Shown here: positions 58,101 to 64,000 of the stretch, piece by piece
How the letters are laid out: each line of letters starts with the position of its first letter
Position numbering within the stretch: the stretch's first letter is position 1
NCBI GenBank assembly: GCA_963842525.1
Contig: CAWJGT010000003.1
Location: 1,504,001 to 1,568,000 of the forward strand
DNA from: an uncultured Holophagales bacterium
GTDB lineage: Bacteria; Acidobacteriota; Thermoanaerobaculia; Multivoradales; UBA5704
DNA: 64,000 bases
Direction of reading: 5' to 3'
Program-made: the position numbers and the translations under genes
The notes under the pieces: generated by a model
The model's input: only the letters and a program-made list of their open reading frames with translations
The model's database searches: none
What the model was told of the DNA's origin: nothing

Positions 58101-61100
58101 AGCAGCTCCTCCACCGGATCGCGGGGCGCTGCGAAGGCGGCGGCCGGGGCGGCGGCCTGCGGCGCCGGCAGGGCCTTGCGGTCCACCTTCCGGTTCGGGG
58201 TGAGGGGGAGGGCCGGCAGGACGACGAAGGCGGAGGGCGCCATGTAGTCGGGCAGCCTCTCGCGGAGCCAGGAGGAGAGCGCCGGTTTGAAATCCGACGG
58301 ATCGGTCGGATTAGTCGGATCGGTCGGATCGGGGACCACGTAGCCCACGAGCCGCAGGTCGCCACGGTCCTGGCGGGCCACCACCACAGCCTGGGCCACG
58401 GCGGGGTGCAGGCAGAGGGCCGCCTCGATCTCCCCCAGCTCGATGCGGTGGCCGCGGATCTTGACCTGCTGGTCGGCGCGGCCGAGAAAGACCAGCCGGC
58501 CGTCCGCCTGCGGCCTGGCGAGGTCGCCGGTGCGGTAGAGGCGGGCCCCGGGCGCCTCTGCGACCGGATCGGGCACGAACCGCTCGGCGGTCAGCTCCGG
58601 CCGGCCGAGGTAGCCGCGCGCCAGTCCCGCGCCGCCGAGGAAGACCTCGCCGGTCATCCCGAGAGGCACTGGCTGCATCCGGCGGTCGAGGACGTAGATC
58701 TGCGTCGCGGCCACCGGCCGGCCCAGCGGGACCGCCCCGTCGTGGTCACGGTCGACACGGAGCACGGCCGACCAGACCGTTGTCTCGGTCGGGCCGTAGA
58801 GGTTCCACAGCTCGCTGCCGCGCCGCCGCAGGCTCGCTGCCAGGTCGCCCAGGAGCGCTTCGCCGCCGGAGAGGATGCGCAGGAGGCCGGCCCCCTCCTC
58901 CCATCCCGCTTCGAGGAGCAGCCGCCAGGTGGACGGCGTGGCCTGGACCACGGTGGCGCCCGATCCGCGGACGCGCTCCAGCAGGCGGCGGCCGTCGCGG
59001 ACCACCTCGCCCGGGGCGATCTCCAGCCGCGCGCCGGCGAGGAGCGGGAGATAGAGCTCCAGCGCCGCGATGTTGAACGACAGCGAGGTAACGGCGAGGA
59101 GCGTGTCCGCAGCCGACAGCCCCGGCTCGCGGAGCATGGAGAGGAGGAAGTTGGCCAGGGCGCCGTGGGGGATCTGCACGCCTTTCGGCGTCCCCGTGGA
59201 GCCCGAGGTGTAGATCACATAGGCCAGGTTGTCCGGACCGGCGCCGCCATCCCCCGCCTCCACGCTGCTCTCCTCGATCCGATCGACGAGGAGCAGGCGG
59301 GCGCCGTGCTCCGGCAGGGAGCCGGCCAGCGCGCTGTGGGAGACCAGGGCACAGACCCCGCTGTGGCGCAGCATGAAGGCGAGCCGCTCGGCGGGATAGG
59401 ACGGATCGAGGGGGACGTAGGCGCCCCCCGCCTTCCACACCGCCAGGGCGGCGGCAAGCAGCTCAGGGGAGCGTTCCAGGGCGATGCCGACCCGCACCTC
59501 AGGACCGACGCCCACGGCGCGCAGCGCTCCGGCCAGCCGCCCCGCCCGCGCCTCCAGCTCCTGGTAGGTCCAGCGCCCGCCGTCGAAGACCACCGCCACG
59601 GCATCAGGCGTGAGCGCGGCCTGCGCGGCCACGAGCTGATGGACGCAGGCCGCGGGAGCCAGGTGTCCGGGAGCGCTCCAGCCGGTGACGAGCTGGCGTT
59701 GCTCGGCCTCGCCGAGGATCGGCAGCTCGGAGATCCGGCGCTCCGGCCCGGCCGCCGCCGCGGCCAGAAGCTGGACGAAGTGCCCGGCCCAGCGCGCGGC
59801 GGTGGCGGCGTCGATCAGGTCCGCTTTGTATTCGAGATAGCCGGCGATCCCGCCGTCCATCTCGAGGAGGGAGACTGTGAGGTCGAAACGCGCCACGCCG
59901 TGGAAAGAGTCGAGGGGGCGCAGCGTCAGGCGATCCGTGGACGCCATGGCCTCCGCCGGCGCGTTCTGCAGGATGAAGAGGGCCTGGAACAGCGGCGAGT
60001 GGCCGAGGCTGCGCTCCGGCCGCAGCTCCTCCACGAGCTTTTCGAAGGGCAGCTCCTGGTGGTCGAAGGCGCCCAGGGCCGCTCCGCGCACCCGTGCCAG
60101 AGCCTCGGCGAAGGCCGGATCGCCTCCGAGGTCCGTGCGCAGCACCAGGGTGTTGATGAACAGGCCGATCAGGCCCTCCACCTCGGCGCGGGTCCGGCCG
60201 GCGATGGGAGAGCCCACGGCCAGATCCTCCTGGCCGGTATAACGGTAGAGGAGGACGTCGAAGGCGGTCAGAAGAGTCATGAAGAGGGTGGCGCCCCGCC
60301 CCAGGCCGAGGGCGTTCAGCGCCGCCGTCAAGTCCGCCGGGATGGAGATCGCCTGCCGCCCTCCCCGGAAGGTCTCGACAGCCGGCCGTGGCCGGTCCGT
60401 GGGCAGCTCCAGCAGCGGGGGCTCTGGGGTCAGCAGCTCCTTCCACCAGGCGAGGAGCTCCACCATCACAGGGCCGGAAAGCCCTTGCCGCTGCCAGTGT
60501 GCGAAGTCGGCGTACTGGATCGGCAGCTCCGCCAGGGGTGAAGGAGCGCCGGCGGTGAAGGCCTGGTACAAGGTCCGCAGCTCGTGGACGAGGATCCCCA
60601 GCGACCAGCCGTCGGAGACGATGTGATGCTGGTTGACCAAGAACAGATGGTCGCGCCCGCCGAGAAGCACGACGGCGGCGCGGAGCAACGGTCCGCGAAC
60701 CAGGTCGAAGGGCCGCCGCGGCTCCTCCGAGGCCAGACGTAGCGCCTCGGCCTCCCGGCGATCCGCTGCGAGGGCGGTCAGGTCCACCAGTGGAAGAGGG
60801 ACCGGGGAGGGTGGCGAGATCCTCGGCGCCGGAGTCCCCTCGGCGGCGGGGAAGATAGTGCGCAGCACCGTGTGGCGCCGCACCACCTCGCTCAGGGCGC
60901 TCTCCAGGGCCGCCGGATCGAGGTCGCCGTCCAGGCGGATCGCTGCGGGGATGTTGTAGGCGGCGCTGCCGGGGTCGAGCTGATCGAGGAACCAGAGCCT
61001 CTCCTGGGCGAAGGAAAGGGGCAGAACGGCCTCGCCCTGGGGCAGCGGCGCAAGCGGCGGCGCCTTGGGCCCCACGGCAGTCCGTGCCGCTGACTCGGCC

Positions 61101-64000
61101 CGCTCCGCGAGCTCCGCCGGCGTGGGTGCGTTGAAGAGCGTCTCGATCCGCAGCTCGACTCCGGTCTCCTCCCGGAGACGGGTGAGGAGCCGGGTGCCGA
61201 GCAGCGAGTGGCCGCCCAGCGCGAAGAAGCTGTCGTGGATCCCGGCGGCCTCGACCCCGAGGAGCTGTTCGAACATCCGGGCGATCCGCGCCTCGGTCTC
61301 GGTGCGGGGAGGCGCGTACGTCCTCCGCAGGCCCGTGCGCGGAAGGGCTGTGGCGGCGAGAGCCTGAGGCCTGTCGTGCGCCGGCTCGGCCGGGGGCAGC
61401 GAGCGTCCGCTTCGCTGCTCCCGCGCCGGCTCGATCCAGTAGCGGCGGCGCTGGAAGGCATAGGCCGGCAGAGGCAGCCGCCGCCGGCGTTCTCCGGCGT
61501 GCAGGGCCTCCCAACCCACCTCGGCCCCAGCCAGCCAGAGCCTGCCGAGCGCGTCCAGCAGGAAAGCTTCGTCGGGCTGCCGGTCGTAGGCATGGGGCAG
61601 CGAGGGGACGGCGGTCCTCGGGGCGTCGCCCTGCGCCGCGGGGTGCTGGAGCGCCAGGGACGACAACCCGTTGCCCGGCCCTACTTCGAGGAGCACCCGC
61701 GAGGGGTCCGCGAGCAGCGTCGCCAGGGCGTCCGAGAAGCGGACGGCGCCGCAGAGGTGGCGAGCCCAGTAGCCGGGGTCCGTCGCCTCCTCGGGGGTCA
61801 TCCACCGGCCTGTCACGTTGGACAGACAGGGGATGGCCGGCGGCGCCAGCGATATCTGCCGCACTCGCTCCGTCAGCTCGCCGGCGATCGCCTCCATCTG
61901 CCGCGAGTGGAAGGCGTGGGTGGTCGGAAGCTCCCGGGAGGGGATCCCCTCGGCGGTGAGGTTCGCGGCCAGAGCTGCGGCCTCCTCCGGCGGGCCCGAG
62001 ACGACCGAAAGCTGCGGCCCGTTGACCGCGGCGAGATCAAGCCCGGCCGATAGCCGCGGGCGCAGCTCCTCCTCCGGCATCGGCACGGCGAGCATGGAGC
62101 CGGCGGGGAGCGCCTCGATGAGGCGTGCCCGCTCGGCCACGAGCCAGAGTGCGTCCTCCAGAGAGAAGACCCCCGCCAGGCAGGCCGCCAGGTACTCGCC
62201 CAGGCTGTAGCCGAGGAGCGCAGAGGGCGCGATGCCCCACGACATCCAGAGGCGGGCCAGGGCATAGCTCACGGCGAAGACCGCCGGCTGGGCGAAAAGA
62301 GTGCGGTCGAGCCGCCGGGCCGCCTCACCTTCCCGGCGACCGCGGCCCACCAGGCGGCGCAGGTCGAGCCCTCCTTCCTCTTCGCGGATCCCGGCGAAGA
62401 TCACCTCCCGCAGATCGCAGCCGAGATGCCCGCGCAGCACCTCGGCGCAGCGGTCGAGCTCCTCCCGGAAAACGGGCTCGCTCGCGTAGAGGCCACGCCC
62501 CATCCCCAGGTAGTGGTCGCCGACGCCGGGAAACAGGAAGGCCACTGGCCGGCTCCCCGGCTCCTGGAACGCCGTCGACAGCCGGTGGGGGTCGCGGCCG
62601 GCCAGAGCGAGGCGGGCCTCCTTGACATCACGGCAGACGAGGGTGCGGCGCCAAGGGAAGGGGCGGCGGCCTGCCTGGAGGGTCCAGGCCACGTCCGCCA
62701 ACCCGGCTTCGGAGTGGCGGTCGAGCCAGCCGGCCAAGCGGTCCGTGGCCGCTTCGAGGGCCTCCTCGCTGCGGGCCGAGAGCACCAGGAGCTGCCAGGG
62801 GCGCGCCGGGGAGCCCGGCTCGCTCTCCGGCGCCTCTTCGAGCACGAGGTGGACGTTGGTGCCTCCGATGCCGAACGAGCTCACGCCGGCCCGCCGCGGA
62901 CCCCGGTCTGCCGGCCAGTCCGCCAGGCGGGCGTTGACATAGAACGGGCTCGCCGCAAAGTCGATCTTCGGGTTCGGCGTCTCGAAGTGGAGACTCGGGG
63001 GGATCTGCCGGTGCTCCAGGGAGAGCACGGTCTTGATCAGGCTGGTGACGCCGGCGGCGGCTCCCAGATGCCCGACGCTCGTCTTGGCCGAGCCGATGGG
63101 GCACCGGCCCGTCTTCTCCATCGGGCCGAACGCCCGGGTCAGAGCCGCCACCTCGATGGGGTCGCCCAGCTCGGTCCCGCAGCCGTGGCACTCGACATAG
63201 CCGATGGATTCCGGCGCGATCCCGGCGAGATCCTGGGCCTCTGCGATCACCTCCGCCTGCCCCTCGATGCTGGACGCCGTGTAACCGACCCTGCACGAGC
63301 CGTCGTTGTTCATGGCCGAGCCCCGGATGACGGCGCGGATCTGGTCGCCGTCGGCCAGGGCGTCCTCCAGGCGCCTGAGGACGACGAGGCCGACGCCGCC
63401 GCCGTAGATCGAGCCGTCGGCCTTCGCGTCGAAGGCCCGGCAACGCCCGGTGGACGAGTCGAGGCCCCCTTCCTGGTAGAGATAGCCCGTCACCTGGGGC
63501 ACCTTGATCGAGACGCCGCCAGCCAGCGCCATGTCGCAGTCGCCGACGAAGAGAGCCCGGCACGCGAGGTGGACCGCCACCAGAGAGGTGGAGCAGGCCG
63601 TCTGGACGTTGACGCTCGGCCCGCGCAAGTCGAGCTTGTAGGAGGCCTGCGTGGCCAGGAAGTCGCGGTCCGTGGCGATGGCCATGTGGTAGCCGCCGAG
63701 CTCCTGGAGCAGCTCCGGACGGGACAGGAGATGGTTCAGAAAATAGGTCGACACCGTCACGCCAGCGTGGAGGCCGATCCGGCCGGCGAAGCGGCGGCTG
63801 TCGTAGCCGGCGTTCTCCAGCGCCTCCCAGGCGCACTCCAGGAACACCCGGAGCTGGGGGTCCATGATCTCGGCCTGGCGCGGCGCATAGTCGAAGAAGC
63901 CGGCGTCGAAGAGATCGGCATCCTCCAGCACGCCCCGGGCCTTGACGTACTTGGGGTGGCGAACCAGCTCCGGATCGATACCGGCGGCGAGGAGCTCCTC
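52115..64000 (-). CDS. Hybrid PKS-NRPS, 5'-truncated by the window: KS-AT-ACP-C-A(Gly-like)-PCP-C-PCP-Cy-A(Cys)[Ox]-PCP
   Basis: The frame stays open to the window edge (EELLAAGIDPELVRHPKYVKARGVLEDA). KS TACSTS; AT GYSLG and HAFH; C motifs HHIVSDG and HHIVCDA; Cy DLLIGD; Cys-type code DLWNLSLIWK; FMN oxidase motifs RRRSFRKF and YGSAGNLYPVQ between A8 and A9. Confidence 0.93.
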   Translation of the reverse strand, partial: EELLAAGIDPELVRHPKYVKARGVLEDADLFDAGFFDYAPRQAEIMDPQLRVFLECAWEALENAGYDSRRFAGRIGLHAGVTVSTYFLNHLLSRPELLQELGGYHMAIATDRDFLATQASYKLDLRGPSVNVQTACSTSLVAVHLACRALFVGDCDMALAGGVSIKVPQVTGYLYQEGGLDSSTGRCRAFDAKADGSIYGGGVGLVVLRRLEDALADGDQIRAVIRGSAMNNDGSCRVGYTASSIEGQAEVIAEAQDLAGIAPESIGYVECHGCGTELGDPIEVAALTRAFGPMEKTGRCPIGSAKTSVGHLGAAAGVTSLIKTVLSLEHRQIPPSLHFETPNPKIDFAASPFYVNARLADWPADRGPRRAGVSSFGIGGTNVHLVLEEAPESEPGSPARPWQLLVLSARSEEALEAATDRLAGWLDRHSEAGLADVAWTLQAGRRPFPWRRTLVCRDVKEARLALAGRDPHRLSTAFQEPGSRPVAFLFPGVGDHYLGMGRGLYASEPVFREELDRCAEVLRGHLGCDLREVIFAGIREEEGGLDLRRLVGRGRREGEAARRLDRTLFAQPAVFAVSYALARLWMSWGIAPSALLGYSLGEYLAACLAGVFSLEDALWLVAERARLIEALPAGSMLAVPMPEEELRPRLSAGLDLAAVNGPQLSVVSGPPEEAAALAANLTAEGIPSRELPTTHAFHSRQMEAIAGELTERVRQISLAPPAIPCLSNVTGRWMTPEEATDPGYWARHLCGAVRFSDALATLLADPSRVLLEVGPGNGLSSLALQHPAAQGDAPRTAVPSLPHAYDRQPDEAFLLDALGRLWLAGAEVGWEALHAGERRRRLPLPAYAFQRRRYWIEPAREQRSGRSLPPAEPAHDRPQALAATALPRTGLRRTYAPPRTETEARIARMFEQLLGVEAAGIHDSFFALGGHSLLGTRLLTRLREETGVELRIETLFNAPTPAELAERAESAARTAVGPKAPPLAPLPQGEAVLPLSFAQERLWFLDQLDPGSAAYNIPAAIRLDGDLDPAALESALSEVVRRHTVLRTIFPAAEGTPAPRISPPSPVPLPLVDLTALAADRREAEALRLASEEPRRPFDLVRGPLLRAAVVLLGGRDHLFLVNQHHIVSDGWSLGILVHELRTLYQAFTAGAPSPLAELPIQYADFAHWQRQGLSGPVMVELLAWWKELLTPEPPLLELPTDRPRPAVETFRGGRQAISIPADLTAALNALGLGRGATLFMTLLTAFDVLLYRYTGQEDLAVGSPIAGRTRAEVEGLIGLFINTLVLRTDLGGDPAFAEALARVRGAALGAFDHQELPFEKLVEELRPERSLGHSPLFQALFILQNAPAEAMASTDRLTLRPLDSFHGVARFDLTVSLLEMDGGIAGYLEYKADLIDAATAARWAGHFVQLLAAAAAGPERRISELPILGEAEQRQLVTGWSAPGHLAPAACVHQLVAAQAALTPDAVAVVFDGGRWTYQELEARAGRLAGALRAVGVGPEVRVGIALERSPELLAAALAVWKAGGAYVPLDPSYPAERLAFMLRHSGVCALVSHSALAGSLPEHGARLLLVDRIEESSVEAGDGGAGPDNLAYVIYTSGSTGTPKGVQIPHGALANFLLSMLREPGLSAADTLLAVTSLSFNIAALELYLPLLAGARLEIAPGEVVRDGRRLLERVRGSGATVVQATPSTWRLLLEAGWEEGAGLLRILSGGEALLGDLAASLRRRGSELWNLYGPTETTVWSAVLRVDRDHDGAVPLGRPVAATQIYVLDRRMQPVPLGMTGEVFLGGAGLARGYLGRPELTAERFVPDPVAEAPGARLYRTGDLARPQADGRLVFLGRADQQVKIRGHRIELGEIEAALCLHPAVAQAVVVARQDRGDLRLVGYVVPDPTDPTNPTDPSDFKPALSSWLRERLPDYMAPSAFVVLPALPLTPNRKVDRKALPAPQAAAPAAAFAAPRDPVEELLASLFAEVLGAGRVGIDDDFFALGGHSLLATRIASRAGRALGVTPPVRWIFERPTVRGLAGRLASAMRVGRAPEAPPVVPTGRDGEIPLSFAQQRLWFLDRLERSGSYNLPALLRLEGGLDATALAAALARVVRRHEALRTTFPAVAGEPRQVIAPAAAVPLPMVDLAALPAGRRDAELDWQAASGAARPFNLAAGPLLLATLFRLGAREHGVLLVAHHIVCDAWSVGIFVRELSAFYAAALEGGSASLPELPVQYADFAAWQRRWLTPETVARLADRWRARLAGAPVALDLSTDRPYPPVQSFRGGSVPFRLDRGAAADLLALARGEGASLFMALLAAFQVLLHRVSGQDDLVVGTPVAGRNRPEVEDLIGLFLNTLPLRGDLAGDPAFRTLLGRVREAALDAYALQDLPFEKLVEELQPPRDLARPPLFQVMVILQNAPAQRLQLPGLALSLQPVATGAAKLELLLSFAEVEDGLAGSLEHNADLFDRTTAERLAAQLAALLAGAAADPGQRLSELPLLAPLAARTVRAVTPSRRETAAADWVAPRGPVEESMTALWGDILGVERVGAQDNFFELGGHSILATRLMYRIQQDFGADLPLRVLFENPTVAGLAAAVAARPEGEPADVALPRLVPDPASMHLPFPLTDVQEAYWIGRSGALELGSVATHIYFEVDLRGLDLARLESALRRLIDRHSMLRAVVQPDGRQRILPEVPPYRIGVVDLRQAANAAEEEALEAVRGRLSHQVLPSDRWPLFEIAASRLPGGRTRLHVSLDLLIGDAWSFRLLGRELALLYADPGTELEPLTLSFRDCVLAEAALHETEAYRRAFHYWRGRLASLPPSPALPLAQSPSSLAAPRFVRRRASLERDAWSRLKVRAARVALTPSSLLAAAYAQVLAAWSQSPRLTLNLTLFNRPPLHPEVDRIVGDFTSLTLLASEPLPGEPFEERARRLQGRLWDDLENWLVSGVRVLRELARVQGGPGTLMPVVFTSTLNQAGTGDEAETESPFDGETVYSITQTPQVWLDHQVAESGGVLAWSWDAVEELFPPGLLDDMFAAYGRLVQRLAEGEEAWREPVCDLLPAAHRALIAEANATDAPVPSRLLHEPFLVQARRRPDAPAVITSRRTVTYGELDRASLALARRLRHLGARPDTLVAVVMDKGWEQALAVLAILRAGAAYLPVDARLPRERIRHLLESGEVSIALTQSGIDLDGPPGVEPIAVCTEMLSAARGEPLPPIQRPGDLAYVIFTSGSTGQPKGVMIDHRGALNTVMDVNQRLGTGPGDRVLALSSLSFDLSVWDLFGLLAAGGAVVVPDPGTERNPAHWAELAARTGVTVWNTVPALIEMLVEYGEGRPDVPGFPLRAVLLSGDWIPLRLPDRVRAAFPGARVISLGGATEASIWSILYPIGEVAPGWASIPYGKAMASQRFHVLDEELEPRPVWVLGHLYIGGAGLARGYWRDEKKTAAAFIVHPRTGERLYRTGDLGRLLPDGNIEFLGRDDFQVKVQGHRIELGEIEAALSRHPAVAAAVVDAVGERQGTKQLVAWVVLRDEQPPAPAAPVDPVERLRFKLQHHGLRRDLGDFATVSLKRPELTPEELEARYLRRRSFRKFLREPVPLDDLAGFLSCLLQVDVEGSPFPKLRYGSAGNLYPVQAHLWIKPGRVEALDEGIYYYDPREHRLARLAGAGLDASLYDPVNRATFEEAAFAVFLIARMAAIAPLYGERARDFALLEAGLMTQLLEMSAPERRIGLSQVGGVRFGEVRRHFGLDESHELVHAILGGRLAAGQTGLAAFQAEAAQDRELVRLLGPEGAPPPAPRPEREVLADLREHLHGRLPEYMVPAHFVRLEEIPLSLNGKVDRKALPPPDALQAEAKPATRPYVAPETELERVLAGVVTEVLGLPRVGVDDNFFDLGATSVHVVRFHNALYQALDREISLVEMFNHPSVGLLARHLIGSGIAKPEAGPAASRPEPDRSEKLREGRDFRRQRLQKAQRARG
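52700..53400 (-). other. Thiazoline oxidase (Ox, nitroreductase fold) embedded in the Cys A domain (approximate limits)
   Basis: RRRSFRKF, YGSAGNLYPVQ, GIYYYDP and ALLEAGLM, the same arrangement as the EpoB-type Cy-A-Ox-PCP module. Confidence 0.85.
58291..58334. repeat. Intragenic 9-bp tandem repeat (GGATCGGTC x ~4) with an 8-bp inverted repeat
   Basis: GGATCGGTC GGATTAGTC GGATCGGTC GGATCGGGG, with an AATCCGAC/GTCGGATT stem. It encodes PDPTDPTNPTDPSD in an A-domain loop. Confidence 0.8.

Overview
The whole 64 kb is one GC-rich, minus-strand, co-oriented hybrid NRPS/cis-AT PKS assembly line, cut at its 5' end by the window edge and followed by the start of an MFS transporter. After repairing six single-base frameshifts it resolves into six megasynthase genes with 3 PKS and 15 NRPS carrier modules. 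In transcription order: (1) >64000-52115 KS-AT-ACP-C-A(Gly-like, D235N)-PCP-C-PCP(no A)-Cy-A(Cys)[Ox]-PCP; (2) 52096-46763 KS-AT-KR[DH inserted]-ACP-COM; (3) 46766-35936 C-A(?)-PCP-C-A(Tyr)-PCP-KS-AT-ACP-C; (4) 35914-22439 I-A(Asn)-PCP-C-A(aromatic)-PCP-E-C*(His-less)-A(Dab-like)[NMT]-PCP-E-COM; (5) 22442-9623 C-A(Thr)-PCP-C-A(Ala)-PCP-C-A(Asn)-PCP-C-A(?)-PCP; (6) 9626-192 C-A(Ser)-PCP-C-A(Thr)[FkbM-type MT]-PCP-Cy-A(sub, dead)-PCP, with no thioesterase. The most notable points are the TE-less terminal Cy/vestigial-A/PCP module, an A-less module, a His-less C domain before an N-methyl-D-Dab module, and E-less DCL-type C domains after Ser and (OH-)Asn. All six frameshifts map to GAGCTC, which points to a methylation-linked sequencing artefact and not to pseudogenisation. 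Substrate codes were read by eye and domain borders are approximate. No database searches were run. No RNA genes, CRISPR arrays or mobile elements were seen.
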